DNA of 64,000 nt, taken from NCBI GenBank assembly GCA_965207445.1, contig CBDBLX010000002.1, forward strand, positions 416,001 through 480,000, given 5' to 3'. This DNA comes from Nitrosopumilus sp. (lineage in GTDB: Archaea > Thermoproteota > Nitrososphaeria > Nitrososphaerales > Nitrosopumilaceae). Made by a program: the position numbers and the translations under genes. The notes under the pieces are model-generated. The model saw nothing but the letters and a program-made list of their open reading frames with translations, ran no database searches and was not told where the DNA came from. This document shows, piece by piece, positions 1 through 10,582 of this stretch; position 1 is the first letter of the stretch, and the number at the start of each line of letters is the position of its first letter.

Positions 1-79
1 CTCCCACCAGACATTTAGTCCACGCAGCTTCCACGTCTCAACACAACTAAATATTACACAGAGATTCTCTGCCCCCTTG

Positions 80-292
80 TCACTCTTCAACTGTAGATGA
101 CTGTTCCTCTGACCTAATAGGTTTCATTGACTGTTCTCCAAGATTTGTGGTAGAGTAGACAAATGGATACAAAATAAATGTAAAAAGTTCGGGCGCTGCA
201 TTTTCTAGTGTGGTGCCAAACTTTTTCATTATTTCATATCTGCTTTGTCTGGTCTTTTTTGACTCATAGTATTGGTAAAAACCTTTGATCAT
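80..292 (-). pseudogene. IS66-family transposase C-terminal remnant
   Basis: LFTFILYPFVYSTTNLGEQSMKP resembles the IS66 LFTF..P....TNN.AER.LRP motif; a TTGGTTCACAC end lies at 430-440. Confidence 0.55.
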
Positions 293-440
293 ATAAGTGT
301 ATTTATTGTTTCCACTGATTTAGATAGATTAATTTAAATATGAGAAAAAATATTATCGTAAAACCTTAAAATCTAAATTATTTTATTTACTCATATTCAA
401 ATTTTAAATGAATATATCAGTCAGAGAGGTTGGTTCACAC
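240..440. repeat. Diverged ~200-bp inverted repeat of 14174-14375 (IS end region)
   Basis: Reverse complement of 240-440 aligns by eye with 14174-14375; both end in a GTGAACCAAC terminus. Confidence 0.8.
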
Positions 441-465
441 AAAAAATGTAATGATGGATGATTCT

Positions 466-517
466 CTCATATATGGTGCTCATATATGGTGCTCATATAC
501 GGTACTCGTATACGATA
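466..517 (+). repeat. 13-bp tandem repeat x4 (CTCATATATGGTG, degenerating)
   Basis: Read directly from the sequence. Confidence 0.9.
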
Positions 518-602
518 CTTGAGTCCAACCCATCCCCACAAACATTTTCTTTCCTAGTCTGAAACCCACTAAATTATAATACAGTCAAATAATACCTGAT
601 AC

Positions 603-1598
603 ATGGTGGGATCATCATCCAAAAAAAAGATAAGATTTGCAATTCCAAAAGGATCGTTAGAATCTGCAACATTTAACATACTTGAGCGGTCTTGGACTAG
701 TGTAAAACGTAAAGATCGCACGTATCGCGTATATCTTGATGATCCAAACATTATAGTAAAAATGCTCAGGCCACAAGAGATACCTGTCTTAGTCGAAGAA
801 GGGCTGTATGATGTTGGGATTACCGGCAAGGATTGGGTAGGGGAGACCAACTCTGATGTAGATGCAGTGCTTGATTTAGAATATGGCAAGATTCGACTAA
901 TAGTAGCATTTCCTGACAAATATCGATACAAGAAACTCGATGACATGGTTGCAGACTATGCCAAAAAGAAAAAGATATTGCGTATATCATCAGAGTATTT
1001 GACAACAACATCAAAGTTTATCAAAAATCTGCCCATGTACAAAAAATACTATGGGACAAAAAGTCCACTTATAGTAACCCCGTGGGTAAAACTAGGAACA
1101 AACAACGACGTTCAAATACACTTATCTTTTGGCGCAACAGAGGCAAAACCCCCTGAAGAAGTTGACTGTATTGTGGATGTGACAGAGACCGGCACTACGC
1201 TCAGACAGAACAAACTAACTATTGCCGATGAGATCTTGACATCGACTGCACATCTTATTGCAAACAAAAATTCCCTTACAGACGCGCACAAACGTGAAAA
1301 GATCTATGATATAATTACATTAATGCGAGGCGCGGTACATGGTATCAAATATCTACACTTGTATCTGAATGTAGAAGAAAAAAATCTCAATGAACTTCTC
1401 ACCAAGATACCTTCCCTCAAAAAACCAACCATTAGTAATCTAAGTGAGTCGGGATGGTTTGGCATCAATACTGTAATTCTTAAAGAAGATTTTTACAAAT
1501 TAATACCAATGCTACGAAAAATAGCGCAGGGGTTAGTCGTTCATGAACCACGTCAAATCTTAGAATTAGAGGAGATAAAACGAGATGAAGAGAATTGA
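603..1598 (+). CDS. hisG: ATP phosphoribosyltransferase (long form)
   Basis: AIPKGSL, RPQEIP, DVGITGKDW, GATE, IVDVTETGTTL motifs; C-terminal regulatory domain. Confidence 0.97.
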   Translation: MVGSSSKKKIRFAIPKGSLESATFNILERSWTSVKRKDRTYRVYLDDPNIIVKMLRPQEIPVLVEEGLYDVGITGKDWVGETNSDVDAVLDLEYGKIRLIVAFPDKYRYKKLDDMVADYAKKKKILRISSEYLTTTSKFIKNLPMYKKYYGTKSPLIVTPWVKLGTNNDVQIHLSFGATEAKPPEEVDCIVDVTETGTTLRQNKLTIADEILTSTAHLIANKNSLTDAHKREKIYDIITLMRGAVHGIKYLHLYLNVEEKNLNELLTKIPSLKKPTISNLSESGWFGINTVILKEDFYKLIPMLRKIAQGLVVHEPRQILELEEIKRDEEN

Positions 1599-2935
1599 TG
1601 CGTATCATACCACAAAGAGATGCAGAATCTGCTGACTCATTTGCAAAACGCATAGATGCGCATGCTCAAAAGAGCCGTATTGAATCAACTCGTGACGTAT
1701 CTCGTATAATCAAAAATGTCAAAGAAAATGGCGATAGTGCCATTTACAAGTATGAAAAAAAATTTGATGGAATAAAAAAATCTAATGTGCCACTCCGTCT
1801 GTCTCATAATGATATCAAAGCCGCATATGATGCAATATCTAACGCGCAATACACGTCATTGAAAAATACCGCAAATCGTATGGCAAAAACTGAAACATCT
1901 ACATTAAAGATAATTCACAAAGATATTACAATAAAATATCATAAAAATAAAACACATGGTAATGCTCACATTACACGAAAGTTTGTACCGTTGTCTAGTG
2001 TCGGATGCTACATACCTGGTGGACTCGCACGATACCCATCATCTGCTATAATGTCTATCATACCTGCCGCAGTGGCTGGTGTTCCTAGAATTGTTGCAGT
2101 GTCACCAGTATCTTATACGGGTGAGATAGATCCCTTGACCATAGTAGCAGCTGACATGTGTGGTGCTACTGAGATATATCGTGTTGGAGGCGCTCATGCA
2201 ATAGCTGCTCTTGCATATGGCACCTCGTCAATTGCACGTGTAAATAAGATTGTGGGACCTGGTGGCTCTTTTGTTACATCTGCAAAATCTGCTGTTTCAT
2301 CAGTTGTCGGCGTAGATATGATTGCAGGTCCAACTGAACTTGGAATTATTGCTGACTCTAACACATCTGCCAAATTGGTAGCATTGGATTTGATATCTCA
2401 ATCAGAGCATAGTGCCGATACGCAGTGTTATGTAATTACACAATCGAAAAAACTTGCACGTGATGTTTCACGTATACTAGATCGCATAACTGCAACAACA
2501 CCACCACCACCACAACAACAACTACCGCGCTCAAAAATAGTAAAGAAGAGCCTTGCCAAAAATGGTTTTTTTGCACTTGTCAAAAACTCTGAATCTGCAA
2601 TCACAGTAGCAAATCAATTGGCCTCTGAGCACTTGCAGATAATGACTAAAAACCCTATGCGTATGGCAGAGTCAATAACTACTCCTGGTATGATTTTGTG
2701 TGGCATGCAATCTCCGTCTGCTGCAAGTGACTATACACTTGGGTCTAATCATGTTCTACCTACTAATCGTCAAGGTAGGATCAGGGGTTCACTATCTGTA
2801 TTTGATTTTGTAAAGATGCTCACACTAGTAGAGTCTTCTCGTGATGTGCTGTGTGATATACAAAATGATATGAAGATACTCACTGATGCAGAAGGGTTGC
2901 CTAATCACTATGAGGCTGTTCGCAGCAGGTTGTAA
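1598..2935 (+). CDS. hisD: Histidinol dehydrogenase
   Basis: VGCYIPGG, KIVGPG, DMIAGPTE, SQSEH, GSNHVLPT; ATG overlaps the hisG stop. Confidence 0.96.
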   Translation: MRIIPQRDAESADSFAKRIDAHAQKSRIESTRDVSRIIKNVKENGDSAIYKYEKKFDGIKKSNVPLRLSHNDIKAAYDAISNAQYTSLKNTANRMAKTETSTLKIIHKDITIKYHKNKTHGNAHITRKFVPLSSVGCYIPGGLARYPSSAIMSIIPAAVAGVPRIVAVSPVSYTGEIDPLTIVAADMCGATEIYRVGGAHAIAALAYGTSSIARVNKIVGPGGSFVTSAKSAVSSVVGVDMIAGPTELGIIADSNTSAKLVALDLISQSEHSADTQCYVITQSKKLARDVSRILDRITATTPPPPQQQLPRSKIVKKSLAKNGFFALVKNSESAITVANQLASEHLQIMTKNPMRMAESITTPGMILCGMQSPSAASDYTLGSNHVLPTNRQGRIRGSLSVFDFVKMLTLVESSRDVLCDIQNDMKILTDAEGLPNHYEAVRSRL

Positions 2936-2977
2936 ATAGGCCAAAAACAACATAATAGCGTAAAGTTTGGGGTAAGC

Positions 2978-4186
2978 ATGGGTAAATTTGAGTCACAACG
3001 TAATGTGAAAAGATATGATGACAAAAATGATGGCCATAATAGTGGCCACAATGATGGCCACAATGATATTAATAATAATAATAGTAACAATACTAGTAAA
3101 AAATATGCTTGGGTCAATGAGCGCATAAAAACTCTATCAAAGATAGGTGGTTATCAAAAGCCTCCTATTCTTGAGGGTGCGTTAAAACTTGACTCTAATG
3201 AGAATTATGCCATCCCGAAACAGTTTCAATCAGATATCATAATAACTGCTCGTAAGGGTGCTGATGTTCGTGAATATCCACTTGGTGGCACAGACAGACT
3301 AGTATCTGCGATATCTCATGCAATCAAAATTCCTGCATCTATGATTTCAGTGGGCAATGGCTCTGATCAGATTCTGGACCTGTTGCTTGGGCATCTAATA
3401 CATACGCGTAACAAAAAAAATACCATGCGAATATTAACATCTGATCCTACATTTGGTTTTTTTGAGGATCGTTGTAGACTTTATGGCATTCCGCTTTTAC
3501 AAGTGCCATTTGAGGATGATATGAAGTTAAACGTATCTGAATTTATTGATTCTGCGAGTAATGCTGATGTCCTATATTTGGACTCGCCAAATAACCCTAC
3601 AGGTTTTCAGTTCTCAAAGTCTGATATGCAGAGTATAATCAAAAACTTTGATCATGGACTAGTTATAATAGATGAGGCATATGGTGAATTTGGAAACTAT
3701 AGCGTATCTGCCATGACACGCAGACACAAGAATTTGATAGTGGTGCGTACATTATCAAAGTCATTTGGGCTTGCAGGACTCAGATTGGGGTACATGATTG
3801 CAGACAATAGCATATCTGCTGTGTTTACTAGTGTGATGCAATACCCGTATCCACTTAGTACAATTACCATAGAGTCTGGTATAGACGCAGTAAAGCGCTC
3901 ATCGGAGATACATGATATGGCAAAAATGATCAAGGCAGAGCGCACTCGTATTATATCTACACTCAAAAGTTATGATGCATTTGAGGTTTTTGAGTCAAAT
4001 GCCAACTTTGTCTTGTTTGATGCACGCGGCTCATACAAGCGAATACACTCTGCTCTTGCAGAACAGGGCATATCGATAAGACGTATAGGAAGTGTGGGTA
4101 GATACAATGGATGTTTACGTGTAACTGTGGGTACACGTGAAATGAACTCTAGATTTTTACTTGCAATACGGGACTTGCTTGGGTGA
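2978..4186 (+). CDS. hisC: Histidinol-phosphate aminotransferase
   Basis: LDSNEN, GNGSDQ, SPNNPTG, IIDEAY, RTLSKSFGLAGLRLG (PLP lysine). Confidence 0.96.
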   Translation: MGKFESQRNVKRYDDKNDGHNSGHNDGHNDINNNNSNNTSKKYAWVNERIKTLSKIGGYQKPPILEGALKLDSNENYAIPKQFQSDIIITARKGADVREYPLGGTDRLVSAISHAIKIPASMISVGNGSDQILDLLLGHLIHTRNKKNTMRILTSDPTFGFFEDRCRLYGIPLLQVPFEDDMKLNVSEFIDSASNADVLYLDSPNNPTGFQFSKSDMQSIIKNFDHGLVIIDEAYGEFGNYSVSAMTRRHKNLIVVRTLSKSFGLAGLRLGYMIADNSISAVFTSVMQYPYPLSTITIESGIDAVKRSSEIHDMAKMIKAERTRIISTLKSYDAFEVFESNANFVLFDARGSYKRIHSALAEQGISIRRIGSVGRYNGCLRVTVGTREMNSRFLLAIRDLLG

Positions 4187-4192
4187 GTTATA

Positions 4193-5419
4193 ATGTTGTA
4201 CACTGACTCGAATGAAATACAAAAAATGTCACCAAATAAACTCATTGATAATATTTCGACAAAAGATGTAGATTGCATCATATTTGATTGTGATGGTGTA
4301 TTGGTGGATGTCTCTGACTCTTACTATGCTACTATAAAGGAAACTGTCTCTTTCGTGTTGCATATGGTAATGCCATCTGTTTTATTTAACAAAGATGACC
4401 TTGTTAACCATCAAATAATTGAAAAGTTCAAAGATACTGGGAGGTATAATGATGAGATTGATCTCTCGTGTGCCATTATAATTGGCGCTGTAATTGCTGC
4501 AAAGACTGTACGTAATACTGGTGATAATACTGTTGTTGATGGTATGACTAGTGTAACTACTGCTATGACGGCTGGTAATGATACTGATAATGATACTGAT
4601 AATGATACTGGTAATGATACTGGTAATGATGCCAATAACACCACTGATAATCATATAGATGATGATGATGATAATGATACATCTGACATTATATCACACT
4701 ATGTCCCTATCATTGATGATATAATATCTAATTCTGCGCATGGTGGAATCAATTCTGTCATATCATATGCATTGAATATAGCAGATGTATCTGATGTCAT
4801 TACATATATGGAACATCCGTCTGATAATCGAGATGGCAAATTATGTAAAATATTTGATCAAATATTTTTTGGCTCTGACTTGTACAAAAAGATGCGCAAA
4901 CGAGATCCTGAAATTATCACACATAATGCTATGATAAACAACGATCATGTGATAATGACTCCTCAAGTACTGCGTATATTGTATAATCAATTTAATGGGC
5001 ATATTGCCATGGTGACGGGCAGGGGTATTGACTCTGCACGATATACATTAGGCTCTTTATTTGACATTTTTGATATTGAGAATTCTGCGTTTTTAGAAGA
5101 TGAGCCTCGTGTGTATGCAAAACCAAACCCGGCAAAGTTAGCCGAGTGTATGCAGGGTATGGGATGCAAAAACGCCATATATGTTGGTGACTCAATAGAG
5201 GATGCAATAATGTCACGTATGCTATCTGATGCTACTACTCTAAATCACGATCAAGATGCACATGATGATACATCTCTTGACAAAACTGTGATGTTTTGTG
5301 GCATCACTGGCACTAGCAGTAATCCTGTTCAACGTCATAACATGTTGTTGCACAAGGGCGCCAGCATGATCTTGGATTCAGTACTTGATATTCCAAAGGC
5401 ATTAAATTTAGTGAAATGA
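4193..5419 (+). CDS. HAD-superfamily hydrolase, probable histidinol-phosphate phosphatase
   Basis: IFDCDGVL, VTGR, KPNP, YVGDSIED motifs; located in the his operon. Confidence 0.8.
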   Translation: MLYTDSNEIQKMSPNKLIDNISTKDVDCIIFDCDGVLVDVSDSYYATIKETVSFVLHMVMPSVLFNKDDLVNHQIIEKFKDTGRYNDEIDLSCAIIIGAVIAAKTVRNTGDNTVVDGMTSVTTAMTAGNDTDNDTDNDTGNDTGNDANNTTDNHIDDDDDNDTSDIISHYVPIIDDIISNSAHGGINSVISYALNIADVSDVITYMEHPSDNRDGKLCKIFDQIFFGSDLYKKMRKRDPEIITHNAMINNDHVIMTPQVLRILYNQFNGHIAMVTGRGIDSARYTLGSLFDIFDIENSAFLEDEPRVYAKPNPAKLAECMQGMGCKNAIYVGDSIEDAIMSRMLSDATTLNHDQDAHDDTSLDKTVMFCGITGTSSNPVQRHNMLLHKGASMILDSVLDIPKALNLVK

Positions 5420-5431
5420 TGTGTAATTCGT

Positions 5432-6052
5432 ATGACGACTGGCAATACTACAATTGACAAAAAAAGAGATGCAACTGTAAATCGTACCACCAAAGAGACT
5501 GACGTATCTGTGTATGTTGATCTGGATGGTGTAGGTAAATCTGACGTTAATACGGGATTGCACTTTCTTGATCACTTGTTAGCATCATTTGCCAAGCATT
5601 CAATGATTAATGTACGAATCAAATCCAAATCACTTGATAATATAAAACATCATTTGATCGAAGATACTGCTATAACTGTAGGTAGTGCAATTGACTGCGC
5701 GCTAAATACCCGAGATGGGATTGTACGGTTCGGCCACGCCTCTGTGCCACTTGATGAGTCGCTTGCAACAACTACAGTTGATCTAGTGAGACGACCGTAT
5801 GTGCGTGTGTCTCTATCTTTGAATCCTAAAAGTCAAGATATTGAGGATATGCCTACGGAGGACGTAGAACATTTTTTCCAATCATTGTTGTATAATATTG
5901 CAGCTTGTATACACCTTGATGTTAAATATGGTCAAAATGATCACCACAAGGCAGAAGCTGCCATCAAATCAATTGCTGTTGCTTTACGTAGCGCACTTGA
6001 GATTGATCCGAGGCGAGCAGGAGAATCTCCTAGTACAAAGGGTCTGTTGTAA
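5432..6052 (+). CDS. hisB: Imidazoleglycerol-phosphate dehydratase
   Basis: [31 protein letters not shown]. Confidence 0.96.
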   Translation: MTTGNTTIDKKRDATVNRTTKETDVSVYVDLDGVGKSDVNTGLHFLDHLLASFAKHSMINVRIKSKSLDNIKHHLIEDTAITVGSAIDCALNTRDGIVRFGHASVPLDESLATTTVDLVRRPYVRVSLSLNPKSQDIEDMPTEDVEHFFQSLLYNIAACIHLDVKYGQNDHHKAEAAIKSIAVALRSALEIDPRRAGESPSTKGLL

Positions 6053-6727
6053 ATGACAAAGATAGCGATATTTGATTATGGTGCAGGTAACATATTTAGT
6101 CTTAAAAATTCACTTCAACGACAAGGCGCCAGTGTTGATGTTATACGTGACTTTACGTATGATAGTAATGATAATGATAACACTAACAATTATGATGATA
6201 CAAGTGTCACATACGAGCGCAGTGTAAAAAAATTTGATGGTCTCTTGTTGCCTGGTGTTGGAAATTTTGATCCCGCCATGAATGCTATATCTAGGGATGA
6301 CTTGATCAAATATGTAGATGATACCATACCTGTTTTTGGAATATGCTTAGGTATGGAGATGTTCTTTGCCAAGAGTCAGGAAGGGACGCAACGAGGCCTC
6401 TGCATACTTGATGGTGAGGTCGTATCACTACCTGATACGATCAAAGTACCGCACATGGGATGGAACAACCTCCACATACGAAGAGATGATAGTCAACTAC
6501 TTGATGGCATAAATGATGATTCTTGGGTATACTTTGTACACTCGTATATGGCAAAACCACTAGTACCCTCTAGTAATATAATCACTTCTGAGTCTGATTA
6601 CAATGGTATCTCGATTCCTGCATCCATTGAGTACAAAAACTATTTTGGTACACAATTTCACCCAGAAAAATCTGGACTCGTTGGACGTCAAATGATAAGT
6701 AACTTTCTAAAGGTGTGCCGCAGATGA
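6053..6727 (+). CDS. hisH: Imidazole glycerol phosphate synthase, glutaminase subunit
   Basis: LPGVG, GICLG, VPHMGWN, YFVHSY, QFHPEKS. Confidence 0.97.
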   Translation: MTKIAIFDYGAGNIFSLKNSLQRQGASVDVIRDFTYDSNDNDNTNNYDDTSVTYERSVKKFDGLLLPGVGNFDPAMNAISRDDLIKYVDDTIPVFGICLGMEMFFAKSQEGTQRGLCILDGEVVSLPDTIKVPHMGWNNLHIRRDDSQLLDGINDDSWVYFVHSYMAKPLVPSSNIITSESDYNGISIPASIEYKNYFGTQFHPEKSGLVGRQMISNFLKVCRR

Positions 6728-7521
6728 TAAATGGCACCCGGGTCATACCTGCTGTTGATATTATGGATGGTATGGTCGTGCGTCTTTACAAAGGGGATCC
6801 AAATCAAAAGACCATATATGGTGACGATCCTGTTGCAATGGCACTGCAGTGGCAAGAGCGTGGAGCTGATATGTTGCATGTAGTGGACTTGGATGCAACA
6901 CTAGGTTCTGGCTCTAATTACAATGTGGTGAAAGATATAGCTAGTGCAGTATCTATACCTGTTCAGATAGCCGGTGGGTTGCGCTCTGTTCAATCTGCCA
7001 TTGATGCGGCAAGTATTGCTGACCGAATAGTGATAGGAACGTTAGCATTTACTGATAGAGATTCGCTTTTACATATTGCAGATGAAATCGGCTCTAGTCG
7101 CATTGTCGTTTCTGCTGATCATTATGATGGTGATATAGTGATATGTGGATGGCAAGACTCTACTGGAATTACAATGCGTAATGAGGTGGAGGCTTTGCAT
7201 CGTGATGCAAAAATTAGCGAGTTTTTGATAACTCATGTGGGTACAGATGGTACATTGCAGGGACCTGATACTAAATATTTGCAGCAAGCATGCGACATAT
7301 CTGAGAAACTAAACATTATTGCAAGTGGTGGTATATCACGTGTTGATGATGTGCGTTTGGTGAGTAGTGTTGGAGCTTGGGGAATAATATTAGGTCGTGC
7401 CTTGTATGATAACAAAATTACAATACATGATGCCAAAAAAATGTTGCATACACATGATTGCATACTAGATGACCAAAAAAAAATGCTCGCTCGAGAGTAT
7501 GATACTAATAATGGAGTCTGA
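6724..7521 (+). CDS. hisA: ProFAR isomerase
   Basis: IPAVDI..G.VVRL, LHVVDLD, GGLRS, DGTLQG, ASGGI; ATG at 6724 overlaps the hisH stop. Confidence 0.95.
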   Translation: MINGTRVIPAVDIMDGMVVRLYKGDPNQKTIYGDDPVAMALQWQERGADMLHVVDLDATLGSGSNYNVVKDIASAVSIPVQIAGGLRSVQSAIDAASIADRIVIGTLAFTDRDSLLHIADEIGSSRIVVSADHYDGDIVICGWQDSTGITMRNEVEALHRDAKISEFLITHVGTDGTLQGPDTKYLQQACDISEKLNIIASGGISRVDDVRLVSSVGAWGIILGRALYDNKITIHDAKKMLHTHDCILDDQKKMLAREYDTNNGV

Positions 7522-7530
7522 TGTGTTGTA

Positions 7531-8508
7531 ATGGCCCTTACAAAACGGATAATACCGTGTCTTGATGTGAAAGGTGGCAGAGTTGTCAAAGGTACTAGAT
7601 TTGTTCAGATAAAAGACGCAGGTGATCCTGTAAATTTGGCAAAACAGTACAGTGATCAGGGTGCAGATGAGTTGGTATTTTTGGATATCACTGCTTCTGC
7701 TGAACGACGAGAGACCATCAAGGAACTGGTACGTGGGGTGGCATCTGTGATTGATATACCATTTACTGTTGGCGGTGGTGTGGCATCGATGCAGGATGCT
7801 CGCAATATATTGTTGAGTGGCGCAGATAAGGTTGGTATCAATACTGGGGCCATAAACAATCCTACTGTAATTACTGATATGATGAATCTATTTGGGCGAC
7901 AGTGCGTTGTGGTGGCAATAGATGCAAGGCGCAACTATACTGTACCTGAAAACACTTCTGGCTCTTTGCATGATGTTGTGTTGTTTGAGGAGGACAATGG
8001 TCGTGTTATTGATAATTGTGATGATACTCGTGACTATACTCGTGACTATACTCGTGATAATTGTGATCCAAAATTTAATACCATATATGATAACCACAGC
8101 AACAATACTAACAACAATACTAGCAACAATACTAACAACAATGATACCCACAAATCATTCTGGTTTGAGGTCCATACTTATGGTGGCAAAAAAGGTACTG
8201 GAATTGATGCCATACAATGGGCAAAAGAGGCACAGCGACGTGGTGCGGGAGAGATACTACTCACTAGTATGGACCGTGATGGAACAAAAGACGGTTATGA
8301 CGCTATACTAACAAAGGCAGTCGTGGATGCAGTATCTATACCTGTTATTGCATCCGGTGGCTGTGGACACCCTCTTGATATGGCAAAGATATTTGAGGCA
8401 ACTGATGTGGATGCTGCACTTGCTGCATCAATATTTCATTATCAAGAACACGGTGTTGCTGGCGTCAAGAAAATATTACAAGAAAAGGGCATCCCTGTAA
8501 GATTATAA
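7531..8508 (+). CDS. hisF: Imidazole glycerol phosphate synthase, cyclase subunit (with a long low-complexity insertion)
   Basis: [40 protein letters not shown]. Confidence 0.97.
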   Translation: MALTKRIIPCLDVKGGRVVKGTRFVQIKDAGDPVNLAKQYSDQGADELVFLDITASAERRETIKELVRGVASVIDIPFTVGGGVASMQDARNILLSGADKVGINTGAINNPTVITDMMNLFGRQCVVVAIDARRNYTVPENTSGSLHDVVLFEEDNGRVIDNCDDTRDYTRDYTRDNCDPKFNTIYDNHSNNTNNNTSNNTNNNDTHKSFWFEVHTYGGKKGTGIDAIQWAKEAQRRGAGEILLTSMDRDGTKDGYDAILTKAVVDAVSIPVIASGGCGHPLDMAKIFEATDVDAALAASIFHYQEHGVAGVKKILQEKGIPVRL

Positions 8509-8532
8509 ATCTGTTTTGACAAGTAATACTGA

Positions 8533-8868
8533 TTGACAGACTGCAATATTGATGATATCGATTTTGATAAAGGAGGTGGGTTAGTTCCAGTTATTGTGCA
8601 GGATGCAGAAACTAAAGATGTGTTGACACTTGCATATGCGAATCGCGAATCATTAAATCTGGCAATCAAAACTGGCAAGTCTTGGTTTTTTAGCAGATCG
8701 CGTAAAAAACTATGGATGAAGGGTGAAGAGTCAGGCAATGTTCAAAACATAAAGGAGATTATAGTTGATTGTGATTTTGATGCAATTATATATTCTGTCA
8801 CACCTACGGGACCTGCATGTCATATGGGTGAGCGTACATGTTTTCATAACATGTTGAATAAAATGTAA
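8533..8868 (+). CDS. hisI: Phosphoribosyl-AMP cyclohydrolase
   Basis: SRSR..LWMKGEESG, DCDFD, ACH.G..TCF. Confidence 0.95.
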   Translation: MTDCNIDDIDFDKGGGLVPVIVQDAETKDVLTLAYANRESLNLAIKTGKSWFFSRSRKKLWMKGEESGNVQNIKEIIVDCDFDAIIYSVTPTGPACHMGERTCFHNMLNKM

Positions 8869-9082
8869 TTGCCACTTGCATGTTAAATGTGATAAACAAG
8901 TGTACAAATTTTTTTAACAGTTTGATAATTATATGATTATAAATAACTATAATTAACATCGTGTGCATATTTTACAAAATGTTTAAAATTACACAATATG
9001 CATTCAGTGTATTTTATGTGTAAAAGAGTTTGAAAAAATTGCTTGCATGATGTATGGGCATTGAGAATGGTTCTTACTACTA

Positions 9083-9637
9083 CTAGGGTGGTGGTGGTCC
9101 TTGCACTGTTATCATGTTCGGATCATTTGTCTGCTCTTGCTCCTCTTGTTCTATATCATTGGGATCTCTCAAGTCGACAATATTTTTTTCCGCACCTGGT
9201 ATAAATTCATCTATTATATTAAAATATATCGCATTATTATTAACACCTTCAAACCACATCGTCCACGTTCCGATCAATTGATCTTTTGTGTAAATGCCCT
9301 TGTTACTGCTCGTATCTGGTGTAAAGTAAAATTTAACTATTTCTCGTTCTATTCCGTTATAATATTTTTCAAGAATTATTTTACCTTCTGGACTAGCTAC
9401 TCTGATTAATGCCTGTTGGTCCGGTGCCAATGTTCCTACAAAAAATACCGTTTCACCAAGTTTGTACGTGTCCTTGTTAATCCCAAATGTTCCTTGGACA
9501 TTCTGGATCTCTTTCACCACATTATCGTTACTATTACTATCGTCATCATCCATCGTCACCACATTGTAAAATATCATCACACCTACAATAATTATTGCAG
9601 CACCCACAATGCCGCCAAATATTGACTTTTTATCCAT
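9083..9637 (-). CDS. Hypothetical membrane-anchored extracellular protein
   Basis: N-terminal TM helix followed by a beta-rich domain; 184 aa. Confidence 0.75.
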   Translation of the reverse strand: MDKKSIFGGIVGAAIIIVGVMIFYNVVTMDDDDSNSNDNVVKEIQNVQGTFGINKDTYKLGETVFFVGTLAPDQQALIRVASPEGKIILEKYYNGIEREIVKFYFTPDTSSNKGIYTKDQLIGTWTMWFEGVNNNAIYFNIIDEFIPGAEKNIVDLRDPNDIEQEEQEQTNDPNMITVQGPPPP

Positions 9638-9745
9638 TTATGACTAGTTCTAACTTTATCTTATATGCGTTGAGAAATAGGGCATTTTGAGTGTTTCCTA
9701 CTAAACCCTTAAATAGAATTCACAATCCACGAGATCTAATTACTC

Positions 9746-10009
9746 ATGAAAGGTATCATACTTGGTGTGTTCTTAGGATTTGCAGCATTAGCTCTTCTTC
9801 CCATACTAAACATTGCATTTGCAGCTGGAGACGAGCCTGGTGAATACCTTGACCGTCGTGTACTTATCTGGAACTTGTTCTTTAGAATGATGACTGTTGC
9901 TTTTACTGTTGGTGCTGTTGTGTCTGGCACTATAATATGGCAAGTGTGGCGTTTCCGAGAATCTCATCCAAAGGCCAAGCCTACACCATACGAGGGGACT
10001 GATTGGTAA
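9746..10009 (+). CDS. Heme-copper oxidase subunit II N-terminal (TM) part
   Basis: Two hydrophobic helices, WRFR motif, directly upstream of the CuA domain gene. Confidence 0.7.
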   Translation: MKGIILGVFLGFAALALLPILNIAFAAGDEPGEYLDRRVLIWNLFFRMMTVAFTVGAVVSGTIIWQVWRFRESHPKAKPTPYEGTDW

Positions 10010-10449
10010 TGGGACTTGGAGGACACCACTCAAATTGGCCAGAATGGATTTACATTGGAATCGTAGTTGCCCTAATGACATGGGTAGGGGCAGAGGCCTG
10101 GGAGGTAGAACGACTTATTGAACATGTCCCTGCTGATGCAGAGATCATCAAGGTGACAGGACAGCAATGGTTCTGGACATTTGATCATGAGGATGGTACA
10201 CGAGAGATAGGTGAGTTGCATCTAGAGGCAGGAAAAGCCTACAAATTTGAGGTCGTTGCAACTGATGTTTCACATTCATTTAACATACATGATTATGTGG
10301 TTTTAATAGATGCAATACCTGGTCGTGTAAACACTGTGTGGTTTGCGCCTACTGAGGCAGGAGTTCATGATATACAGTGTCGTGAGTATTGTGGCTTGAT
10401 ACATTATAATATGCGTGGTACGCTATACGTACAGGAGCCATCGTCTTGA
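10009..10449 (+). CDS. coxB: Heme-copper oxidase subunit II CuA domain
   Basis: GQQWFW, DVSHSF, CREYCGLIHYNM CuA motif. Confidence 0.93.
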   Translation: MGLGGHHSNWPEWIYIGIVVALMTWVGAEAWEVERLIEHVPADAEIIKVTGQQWFWTFDHEDGTREIGELHLEAGKAYKFEVVATDVSHSFNIHDYVVLIDAIPGRVNTVWFAPTEAGVHDIQCREYCGLIHYNMRGTLYVQEPSS

Positions 10450-10582
10450 TCACGCTTTTATCTCAATCTGTACTCGTTGTTGTTGTTGAAGTACACTTGA
10501 TGCTAACTTCAAATACGCTCATAAAAACAACAACAACAACAACAACAATAACAACAAAAGATAGAGGAGAGGTTATAGTATA

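Noticed and set aside
9746..10449. Split oxidase subunit II as a lesion or novelty
   Set aside because: This arrangement is, to my knowledge, normal in ammonia-oxidising archaea.
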